41,661 bases of DNA, taken from a virus (taxonomy: Duplodnaviria; Caudoviricetes). The stretch covers positions 1 to 41,661 of the IMG/VR virus record IMGVR_UViG_3300005805_000166. The stretch is one strand, 5' to 3'. The position numbers were made by a program, and so were the translations under genes. How positions within the stretch are numbered: the stretch's first letter is position 1; the number at the start of each line of letters is the position of its first letter. The notes under the pieces are model-generated. The model searched no databases and was not told the DNA's origin. It was given only the letters and a program-made list of their open reading frames with translations. This document shows positions 9,999 to 18,289 of this stretch, piece after piece.

Positions 9999-10544
9999 TT
10001 AAAAAACCTCCTTCACAAGACGGTTGCCGTTCTCAATCGAGAACACCTTTTCAGGTTCGTGACGTTGGATGTTCATGGTAACCAGACGTGCAGCCTTTTC
10101 CTCAGGAAAAGCTCGCTCGTTATGGAAGCAATGAACCCATATCCGACGCAAAGTATCCACTTTAAAAAGTTCTCCTTCACCAATCGTCATCACGCTGTGA
10201 GTCGCTGCCCATTTGTCAGCGTATTCGCGCAATGCCTGAACTGAAGGCAGGTGAACCTCGTAACCGAATCGTTCGGTGCATTCTTTAGCCGATGCTTCCG
10301 CATCTTTCTTGACGTAGACTTTTATCGAATCATGCACGATGGCCTTTGGCAGATAGCCATAAGTCGAGCAATCAGCGACGTACCTGTAACGGTTCCGATA
10401 TCCCTCAATTGATTTCTGCCAGTTCGGATCAGTTGCACCTTGCTCATGTAGGCCAAGGCAATCTGGTTCTAACGAGAAAAGGACCGACATGAATGCCGAT
10501 CCGAATCGTGGCAGACCGCAAATTTGGAATAGTTTACCGTTCAT
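9999..10544 (-). CDS. Sulfotransferase-like P-loop protein
   Basis: FQICGLPRFGSAFM...LHE resembles the GLPRSGT 5'-PSB loop followed by HE. Confidence 0.6.
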   Translation of the reverse strand: MNGKLFQICGLPRFGSAFMSVLFSLEPDCLGLHEQGATDPNWQKSIEGYRNRYRYVADCSTYGYLPKAIVHDSIKVYVKKDAEASAKECTERFGYEVHLPSVQALREYADKWAATHSVMTIGEGELFKVDTLRRIWVHCFHNERAFPEEKAARLVTMNIQRHEPEKVFSIENGNRLVKEVF

Positions 10545-11100
10545 TTTTTATGCACAAAGAAGTCCAAGCTGCGGTTCGAGCTAGGATGAAGATGGCCGAC
10601 TCAGCACCGGGGATTACCCCGAGTTCGTTACAAATGACAGCACTGTAGAGAGCAGCATTCGGATGGATATTCTTTCCCATGTCTTTCATCCACCCATGAA
10701 GTTGCTCGATGCGAGCATTTGCATTTGGGAAGTCAGACTTGATCAGCTCACTTACACGACTCCATGCCGGATCAATTTGATCCTTGAAGAACGAGTTTCC
10801 GAAACCAGGAATCTTCATTCCAGCTTCTATGGCCGACTTTAATGCCCGCTCATCAAATCGCTCGTAAACGAATCGAGCAGGGCCGATTGGACCGTGAGCG
10901 TCGCCAAGCGTGAGGATAGCTGAGGCGATTCCGTTCGTAAGCTGTCCGCTTCCAAAGAAAGCGTTTACCGCAGCACCAGAGCTGGAGTTCTGGTTGTTCC
11001 GAGCTGCCATGTCATGCGCGTCAAAAACAGCCTGAAGCAACTCCAACTTTTGAGGAGTCGCATCAGCCAGCGCAAAATCGATGTTCAGTTTTAGAACCAT
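10534..11100 (-). CDS. Minimal citrate synthase/citryl-CoA lyase-fold protein, catalytic residues altered
   Basis: Ordered motifs QNSSS, GDAHG, KIPGFGN..FK..DP, HPNAALYS, FILARTAAW. Confidence 0.8.
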   Translation of the reverse strand: MVLKLNIDFALADATPQKLELLQAVFDAHDMAARNNQNSSSGAAVNAFFGSGQLTNGIASAILTLGDAHGPIGPARFVYERFDERALKSAIEAGMKIPGFGNSFFKDQIDPAWSRVSELIKSDFPNANARIEQLHGWMKDMGKNIHPNAALYSAVICNELGVIPGAESAIFILARTAAWTSLCIKNER

Positions 11101-12065
11101 TGAGAAAATCCTCCGCCATTCAAGCCGACTCCGACCATTCGGATGGTAGCAACAGCGTCTCCGAGATACTGCATCGTTTGCTCCTGAACAGCTTGAACTG
11201 CTTTGGCTTCGTAGGCCACTGCTTCCTGAATCAAATCGTTCTCTTCCTTACGAATCGCCATGACCATGAGCTTGATGGCGTCAGGACACGGAGGAATGAG
11301 GTAGTCATTGACGCTCGTGGCGTTGATATGGCGCATCTTCGCCATGACCGTCACTGGCTTGCTGTCATCTGAAGCGCATCGATCAGCGAGGTAGCTGCGA
11401 CGATACTGCGGCAAAGTTTCATCAGGATCGTAAACGGCTAGATCCGTCTCAAGCAGAGTCGTCGCATTGTACTCGTACAAACGACTTGCCGTGTTCGTAG
11501 CCTCGCGGATTACTCCGGTCAGAGTCGTGAACTTTTTAGTCGATTGAACGTACGGAGCGGCAAGTGTCAGCTTTTCTCCGTCAATCCAAACGCCGTCAAC
11601 GCCTTGGGTTCGAATCCAGTTTCCGTTCGCATCGATTCCTTGAAGGGTGATTGTTTTTCCGATATCCGAATCGTCGCCACGGTAGACTCGAATGTAGCTG
11701 TTAGTATCACCAGACATGTCGCGGTAAGAAACGACAGTGCCACGGTCAACAAGCTGCTTCCCGACGCACACATTATCTCCGCCAAGAAGTCCATAGCCTG
11801 TTTCCTGAAACTCGAACCATTGATTGCGAACCGTTCCGACTCCGCAGCAATCGGCCACCGCTTCGATGGTTTCGATCTGACGCGGCCAAGTGATGCAGCC
11901 ACCGACCGTATGAATCGTGAAACGTCCGTATGCACCGGCCCACAGACCCTTGTGAAGCAGTCTGCGACACGCTTGATTAATGTAGTCGTAGACACGCGCG
12001 TCATCGACGCAAACGCCGATAGCCCGAGCAATCGTTGACCTGATATCTTGGACGATCAGCTTCAT
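11091..12065 (-). CDS. Head-tail adaptor-like structural protein
   Basis: N-terminal YINQACRRL helix and helical C-terminus typical of adaptors; synteny. Confidence 0.6.
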   Translation of the reverse strand: MKLIVQDIRSTIARAIGVCVDDARVYDYINQACRRLLHKGLWAGAYGRFTIHTVGGCITWPRQIETIEAVADCCGVGTVRNQWFEFQETGYGLLGGDNVCVGKQLVDRGTVVSYRDMSGDTNSYIRVYRGDDSDIGKTITLQGIDANGNWIRTQGVDGVWIDGEKLTLAAPYVQSTKKFTTLTGVIREATNTASRLYEYNATTLLETDLAVYDPDETLPQYRRSYLADRCASDDSKPVTVMAKMRHINATSVNDYLIPPCPDAIKLMVMAIRKEENDLIQEAVAYEAKAVQAVQEQTMQYLGDAVATIRMVGVGLNGGGFSQWF

Positions 12066-12859
12066 TTGGTGTAGTAGATTCGGCCCGTTCGCTTGATGAA
12101 GTAAACACCGTAGAACGGCGGAAGATTGTTGTGGCCAACAGTAGCTTGACCATCGTTTCCAGTCTTCTCTGCGTTAGTGGTCGAGATTTCTCCGCTTGTA
12201 ATTGAAGGACCAGGACCGCCGCCGCCCGTTCCAGCAGCCCCTTGAAGAGTCAGAGTCGAATATGTTCCAACTCCACTCCACGACTTGTTGACGAGATAGT
12301 AATCATCATTGTTCGGCGCAATCCTTTGGGCAACGCCATGCGTATGATCGTTGAACGGTGTTTCTGGAACTGTGAGCGTGTGCTTGTCCTCACCGGCAAC
12401 GAGCGTTGAGCTTGTCTTGCCCTGAACAGCAACTGCTCCGCTTGCGGCAAAAGATCCAACGCCAACCGGGAATCTCGCTTCAAACTCGGTGTCAACCTCC
12501 CACATCGGTCCAGACCAAAGACTCGGTGTGTTGGTGTTTCCGCCATCGTAGGTCTGAAGATCGACAGTTGTTCCAACGTAGATGCGCCTATCGCTTCCAC
12601 TTGCGGCAACAGGGTTTTGACGCAGCCAAACTCCGCTCTGGTAAACCCACCAATTTCCGTTCTCGTCCAACCAAGGATAAACCTGATTGTTCAGCGCAGG
12701 CGTCGTTGGTCCAAAGTTGAAGAACGAGTTTCCAATCGAGCTGTTAAAATTAGCCTGCGTCCCACTGACAATATCGTTGGCCAACTGCTGGTAATTAGTC
12801 GGGCAATATCCGACCGGCAAACTCGGCGGAGTGAGCGTAATGAGTGTGAGGTTTGGCAT
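12062..12859 (-). CDS. Short tail fibre/collar-domain protein
   Basis: RFPVGVG..GEDKHTLT..E...H.H and HNNLPPFYGVYFIKRT motifs. Confidence 0.75.
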   Translation of the reverse strand: MPNLTLITLTPPSLPVGYCPTNYQQLANDIVSGTQANFNSSIGNSFFNFGPTTPALNNQVYPWLDENGNWWVYQSGVWLRQNPVAASGSDRRIYVGTTVDLQTYDGGNTNTPSLWSGPMWEVDTEFEARFPVGVGSFAASGAVAVQGKTSSTLVAGEDKHTLTVPETPFNDHTHGVAQRIAPNNDDYYLVNKSWSGVGTYSTLTLQGAAGTGGGGPGPSITSGEISTTNAEKTGNDGQATVGHNNLPPFYGVYFIKRTGRIYYTK

Positions 12860-12860
12860 A

Positions 12861-14729
12861 CTAAGCTAAAGTAATGAATGATTCAGACGAATACGTCAGC
12901 GGATTAACATCGCAGACATCAAGCGGAGTGCATGCAGGATACACGCTGCGGCATTCTCCAACACTGGATTCCTGAACGTCGTAAGCGTGAACTCGAAGAC
13001 TCTTGATCCGGCAATATCCGATGATGCTGATCATAACCTGCACCTCGTAAAGGTTTCGAGCAGGAGTGCTGATCGTCTCATTGCACGGAGCATCCGAAGG
13101 CGTTGGGAATCGCATCTTCGGACGATACTGCGGCTTGAAGTTGGTCAGCGGACACAGATCCAAGCACTGCGTAGTAGTCGCGCATTCAGCGAAATCAATC
13201 CACTCGATCCATCCGGGATACTGATCGGGTCGATAGGTGACGTTGAACGAGACATCACCCTCAAGAGAGTCGATGAACAAGTCACCCGAATCCAAACGCT
13301 TCAAACCAAACGGAACTTCAAAGTTGTAAGCTCTGCTTTGAAACATCCATTCAATCTCTTTTTTAGGCTCTACAGTATTGCTGTCGAACTTGTCCGTCTT
13401 GGTTATCTCCCAAATCTGAATCGAGCTGTCAGATCCGCGAGCAATGCAAAAGCATCTGTCTCCGTAAGCATTCTCGGTCTTAAGAACCTGCAACGCATCG
13501 AGTCCAGTCCAGATTCCAGCCCAAGCAGGAGGAAACTTTTTCCGCATCGAAGTGATGAGGTCAAAGTCGAGAACTGAAAGAGCTTTATGAATGACTCCCT
13601 CTGAGTTGTATCGAGGCTGAGAAGTCATCAGCAATCGATTATCGAAAACAACCGCAGAGCTGGCCCAGAGCAGATTAGTCTGGTCGTTCTCGATGATGTT
13701 CACCATCTCGCTGCTGATCGGAGTATTTCCGTAGTCGCTGAACGACCTGCGAGCGATTACAAATGAGCGGACACCATCGACTGCTCGGTACAAGACATCG
13801 CCATTGATTGTTATGGCCGACCTAGCTCCAAGAGCGCCACTGCTGAGCAAGCTGATGGCTTGAATCGGATAATTCAGGTTCTTCCAAACATCACGATCAA
13901 CTGGAGCATTTATGCTGAAGACGTATCGAGGCGTGAAGATAAGAAGCGGTCCTTGGCCAAGCGACGTGTCAGGATTGCCTGGGATGGCCATTGCTGTGAT
14001 GCCACCTGAATCCGACGGAACCGCAAAGTCTCCACCTTCATTGAGGAAGGTGTTCTCGGTTTCCTTGAGAACACTGGCTCGCGTTCCATCCCCATAAACG
14101 ATGTCTGTAGCGCGGAATGAAAAACCATCGGGCAATGCGTACCAGATGCGGCCATTGAGGTAGGCCATAACCTTGCCGGTCTTGATTTCGTCATCAGCCG
14201 CTCTACGCAGGCTTGTACCGTTGAAAATCAATGGCCTGCTCAACCCATCTTGAATGACGACAAAGTTCTCGGCCTGAACCATCCATCCATCGAGAATGTT
14301 AGACGGATTTTCAAGATCCGGTGAAACCGTCAACTTCTGAGCTTTGTTCTGATCGACATCGTAGAACCAGATGTTTCCGCTGATCATCATCAGGATGAAC
14401 GTACGTCCATCGTCAGCGATGTACGGAAGCGCACATTGGAACACGCCGCTTAGAGACTGAGGTCCGTAACATTCTTCGGACCATCCATCAGCCGTTACAT
14501 TCGTCTGATCGGCAGTAACCTCGGCATTGTCAGCCGTGATGGACACGCACAGGCTGTAGTCTTTTTGAACGAAACCGGGGCGAGAGGATACGAAACCCTG
14601 CCGGAAGTTAGCATTTACAGCGAATGAAACCTGATTCTTGTCCACCTCAGACGGCATCACGCCAGCGTCAATGCCACCTTCAAAGGTGACAGTTCCGTCC
14701 GTGTACCTCCGTGGTGCGCGTTCGCTCAT
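12861..14729 (-). CDS. Tail nozzle/stabilisation protein (P22 gp10/T7 gp12 position)
   Basis: 622 aa beta-rich, TFEGG start, SRPG, TPIS motifs; synteny. Confidence 0.68.
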   Translation of the reverse strand: MSERAPRRYTDGTVTFEGGIDAGVMPSEVDKNQVSFAVNANFRQGFVSSRPGFVQKDYSLCVSITADNAEVTADQTNVTADGWSEECYGPQSLSGVFQCALPYIADDGRTFILMMISGNIWFYDVDQNKAQKLTVSPDLENPSNILDGWMVQAENFVVIQDGLSRPLIFNGTSLRRAADDEIKTGKVMAYLNGRIWYALPDGFSFRATDIVYGDGTRASVLKETENTFLNEGGDFAVPSDSGGITAMAIPGNPDTSLGQGPLLIFTPRYVFSINAPVDRDVWKNLNYPIQAISLLSSGALGARSAITINGDVLYRAVDGVRSFVIARRSFSDYGNTPISSEMVNIIENDQTNLLWASSAVVFDNRLLMTSQPRYNSEGVIHKALSVLDFDLITSMRKKFPPAWAGIWTGLDALQVLKTENAYGDRCFCIARGSDSSIQIWEITKTDKFDSNTVEPKKEIEWMFQSRAYNFEVPFGLKRLDSGDLFIDSLEGDVSFNVTYRPDQYPGWIEWIDFAECATTTQCLDLCPLTNFKPQYRPKMRFPTPSDAPCNETISTPARNLYEVQVMISIIGYCRIKSLRVHAYDVQESSVGECRSVYPACTPLDVCDVNPLTYSSESFITLA

Positions 14730-14732
14730 GGT

Positions 14733-15941
14733 TTAAGCCTGAATCCGCTGAACAGAGAATGACGAGCCGGTTTGCACCTCTACGCCATGCGAAGTTGTCT
14801 GAATCAAGATGTCGTAATAATCACCAACCGAAGTAGCCTGATCGATGTAAGAGAATGAAACAGATGGCAACGCTTGTGAGAGAGTGGTCGAAACATTGAA
14901 CTGAAGTGTTTGAAAAATGTTCGATCCAAGTTTTCTCAAAAAAATTACAACCTGAGCAACACCGCTATCCCCAAGAAGATTGAACAAACCTTCGATTCTG
15001 TAGTATCCTGTACTTGGAACTACAAACCGTCCAGTTGCAGCAACAAATCCTGAAGAAGGATCTAAATTTACCCAAGATCCAAGGGGGAAATCTCCAAGAC
15101 TGAATGGATTCTTGGTTGTTCCAGATGCGACCAGGTTATCACCCGTCAACCTCCGCGTAAACGTGACGTAGCTGAACGATGATCCGCTAGCTGTTGAAGC
15201 GATGGTAATCGTTCCTGCTCCGGGGGTGATTGTGACGTTCGAACCTGCGGTCAGATTTGCCAACGTAAAACCGGAACCATTTCCAATGAGCAGTTGGCCA
15301 TTGGTTGGTGTTGCGCTTAGATTCGTGCCTCCTTTTGCAATCGGAAGAACGCCGCTAATGTCGCCAACAGGAACTGTGGCAACCGTAGAGACAGCTCCTG
15401 CTCCACCCGATCCTTGAGTCTTGATGTAGCCAGCAGACAGTGAATCGAGAGCAGTCTCATTCGTCAGCGTCGCATCCGATGTGCGGCAAATGTAGGATGC
15501 ACCAACTGGAGCGCCGCCAGCAATGCCCGGTGCGCCTTGAGGTCCAGCTCCTCCTGCGAGCGTTACAAGTGAACCATTTGAAATTAAAGTCGTAGGAATC
15601 GCATTGGGGATTCCCAAAATTCCAGACGCAGGGTTTTTAAGCGTTATATTTAGGCCAGAAATCGCTGTAACCTGCAAATATCCGCATCCTTGAACAGAAA
15701 CGAAAAACTGACCAGAAACTGATTGCGGCAGGAATGAAGTGTCAGCAACCGGAACAACAACGCTCGACCCAAGCGCAGGAACGAAAAACGAAGCGGTCGT
15801 GTATGTAAACGAATCGATTCCGTCCGTTCCGTTCGTTCCGTTAGCGCCAGCCGGACCTTGCGGACCAGGGATATTCACGACAACCGGATCGGTATCGCAA
15901 GGCTGGCAGCAGCCGGATGAAGAAACAAGTTGCGACGGCAT
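14733..15941 (-). CDS. Fibre-like virion protein with short collagen repeats
   Basis: GPQGPAGANGTNGTDG; LPIAKGGT/GQLLIG repeat; C1q-like C-terminus (GRFVVPSTGYY). Confidence 0.7.
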   Translation of the reverse strand: MPSQLVSSSGCCQPCDTDPVVVNIPGPQGPAGANGTNGTDGIDSFTYTTASFFVPALGSSVVVPVADTSFLPQSVSGQFFVSVQGCGYLQVTAISGLNITLKNPASGILGIPNAIPTTLISNGSLVTLAGGAGPQGAPGIAGGAPVGASYICRTSDATLTNETALDSLSAGYIKTQGSGGAGAVSTVATVPVGDISGVLPIAKGGTNLSATPTNGQLLIGNGSGFTLANLTAGSNVTITPGAGTITIASTASGSSFSYVTFTRRLTGDNLVASGTTKNPFSLGDFPLGSWVNLDPSSGFVAATGRFVVPSTGYYRIEGLFNLLGDSGVAQVVIFLRKLGSNIFQTLQFNVSTTLSQALPSVSFSYIDQATSVGDYYDILIQTTSHGVEVQTGSSFSVQRIQA

Positions 15942-15957
15942 AATTTTCCTTTCGCAG

Positions 15958-15986
15958 AACCTCAAGTCCAGCGACAACTAAAGCAA
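15958..15986 (-). promoter_or_regulatory. Putative promoter of tail operon
   Basis: TTGCTT-17-GAGGTT then AAAGGA before ATG, in a 54-bp divergent gap. Confidence 0.4.
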
Positions 15987-15995
15987 GGCCAAACT

Positions 15996-17672
15996 ATGGT
16001 AGAGAAAGTGTCTGAGCATCCATTGATAGACCACAAGTACGGAATTCGTTCTCCTGTCAAAATCCCTGATCTTGAACTGGAACTCTACGCATTCCGAAAT
16101 CGACTCCAGCCAAATGAAGGCGGACTAGGTACTTTCGAACATTTTCGGAATGCGACAAAAATGCTATGGCCAAAGATGAGCTGGAACCCTTGGTTGGAAG
16201 CTCAGGTCGAAAGTCTTTGCGAGCATGATTACGTTGGGTGGGCCGGATGCGGAGCGAGTGGAAAGACCTTTGGAGCAACGCTTTTCGCAACAGTCTGGTG
16301 GTTGGCCAACCCTTCCAAGACAACCGTCGTACTCACGTCAACGACCGCGAAGATGATCCGAAAGCGTATGTGGGCAAATCTTCAGGATCTTGTTCGGAAA
16401 TCACGCGGATTCCCCGGAAACATGGTCGATTCGAAGATGGCATTGCAGGCCATTAAAGGCGACGACCGACATTCGATTTCGGCTATCGCTGTCGCTGAGG
16501 GCAACACTTCGAAAGCAGTGGCCAACATCCAGGGTATTCACGCGGAACGGGTGATGGTCATCATCGACGAAGCGACTGACACGCCTGAGGCAGCTTTTGA
16601 AGCGTGTACAAACCTTTCCAAGGGCTGTCGTGAATTCAAGATGCTGGTCATTGGGAATCCTGCATCAAAGTTCGACCCTCACGGCAGATTCTGCACACCG
16701 GCAAAAGGATGGCGTAGCGTCACCATTGAGGACCAGCATTGGCTGACAGAACGCGGCATGTGCCGACGGTTTGACGGAATGAAGTCGCCCAACATCAGCG
16801 AGGGGCGAACAAAGTATCCATACCTCATCACACACGATCAGGTTCTCTCAGCAATGCGGCATGAAGGAGAACAGAGTCCTACATTCTGGAAATACACACG
16901 CGGATTTTGGTCGCCGGACGGCATGGTCAAGACGGTGTTGTCTGAATCTCTAATCGAGACGCACACACCTACAAGGAAGTTGGTGTTTACGACAAACGTG
17001 CAAATTGTGGCGGGGCTTGATCCGGGTTTTGGAGGAGACAGATGCGTTCTTCGGTTTGCAAAGGTTGGCACCGCCAATGACAAGGTGAGCATACTTTTCC
17101 AGGACGTAATTCAAATCTCACCGAATGCCCAGCTAACCGAGCCGGTTCACTATCAGATAGCCAACAGGGTCAAGGAAGAGTGCAGGAACAGAAATGTTTC
17201 ACCTGATCGATTCGCTCTGGATTCAAGCGGTGAAGGTGGTGGTTTAGCGGATATCCTGACTCGCGAATGGGGTGTGGTTCATCGCGTAGAGTTCGGCGGT
17301 TCTCCATCGTCCATCCCGGTGAGCGACGAGGATAGTCGGCCATGCAATGAGGCATACGACCGAAAGGTGACGGAACTATGGTTCTCGATGCGTAAATGGG
17401 TCGTCGAGGAGCGTGTTGGAGGAATGGATATCGAGACTCTTCAGGAGTTTTGCGCGAGAATGTTCGACGATTCCAAGCGGAAGATATCCGTCGAATCGAA
17501 AACTGTGATGAAGCAACGAACCGGAAAATCGCCTGATTTAGCCGACGCTGCTGTAGTCTTGCTTGATCTAGTGCGTAAAACTTCTGTTCTTGAACCTCGC
17601 TCAACAAAAGCAGACAAAGTCTGGGAAAAGTTAGTAAGCGACGCTGATTCAATTTATCACGACACCGTATGA
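15996..17672 (+). CDS. terL: Terminase large subunit
   Basis: GCGASGKT Walker A, VIIDEA Walker B, IGNP, GLDPG..GD, KSPDLADA. Confidence 0.93.
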   Translation: MVEKVSEHPLIDHKYGIRSPVKIPDLELELYAFRNRLQPNEGGLGTFEHFRNATKMLWPKMSWNPWLEAQVESLCEHDYVGWAGCGASGKTFGATLFATVWWLANPSKTTVVLTSTTAKMIRKRMWANLQDLVRKSRGFPGNMVDSKMALQAIKGDDRHSISAIAVAEGNTSKAVANIQGIHAERVMVIIDEATDTPEAAFEACTNLSKGCREFKMLVIGNPASKFDPHGRFCTPAKGWRSVTIEDQHWLTERGMCRRFDGMKSPNISEGRTKYPYLITHDQVLSAMRHEGEQSPTFWKYTRGFWSPDGMVKTVLSESLIETHTPTRKLVFTTNVQIVAGLDPGFGGDRCVLRFAKVGTANDKVSILFQDVIQISPNAQLTEPVHYQIANRVKEECRNRNVSPDRFALDSSGEGGGLADILTREWGVVHRVEFGGSPSSIPVSDEDSRPCNEAYDRKVTELWFSMRKWVVEERVGGMDIETLQEFCARMFDDSKRKISVESKTVMKQRTGKSPDLADAAVVLLDLVRKTSVLEPRSTKADKVWEKLVSDADSIYHDTV

Positions 17673-18289
17673 AAGGTTACAAAATTCTTAATGAACACAT
17701 GGTGATTCCTGGCGGATGGAATTATCGAGTTCCAGAGACTGGCATTGAAATCATGGGCGGCAGTTTGCCTCAGCTCCATGAGTTTGTTCGCAACCATTAC
17801 ATAGCCAATGCCATCGCCATACCAAGCAACCTTGACACGTTAATCACCGAGTATTCGTGTCTAAACGGTGCCGACTGCTCTTTCAATGAGATAGAAATCC
17901 CGAAGCCGCAGGGCCGTAAATCCCTGCAAATTGGCGATGTAATCCGATTCAGCATGAGTCTGCTTCACGGCCTTACGGTTGGAGGAGGCAAAGTTGATCA
18001 GGCGGAAGCGACTAGGAGGGCATCAATCTGTTCAACATGCACGTACAACCGAAAGCCTCTTGGATGCACTGGTTGTAATGCTCGCGTCCTGAAAGAAGCG
18101 GTGAAGACTTTCTCACAGCATGGAAGTACTCCGCTGGACGAATCGCTTCAAAGCTGCGAATTTTGCGGTTGCTTTATCAGAAGCATGGTTTGGTTTCCCA
18201 TTGAAACCCTTCATAAATTCTCGGACGATACAGAGAACAAAAACCTTCCGGCGCATTGCTGGAAAAAACGATCATGTACGGAAACCTAG
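17669..18289 (+). CDS. Cys-rich hypothetical protein
   Basis: R..ICxxC, CxxC, CxxCGC, CW; overlaps both neighbours. Confidence 0.75.
   Translation: MKGYKILNEHMVIPGGWNYRVPETGIEIMGGSLPQLHEFVRNHYIANAIAIPSNLDTLITEYSCLNGADCSFNEIEIPKPQGRKSLQIGDVIRFSMSLLHGLTVGGGKVDQAEATRRASICSTCTYNRKPLGCTGCNARVLKEAVKTFSQHGSTPLDESLQSCEFCGCFIRSMVWFPIETLHKFSDDTENKNLPAHCWKKRSCTET

Noticed and set aside
10534-11100. Calling this gene gltA / a TCA-cycle AMG
   Set aside because: Half the normal length, catalytic Asp and His replaced, structural-operon context
11600-11625. GGTTCGAATCC tRNA T-loop-like sequence
   Set aside because: No full T stem or cloverleaf; lies antisense within a CDS
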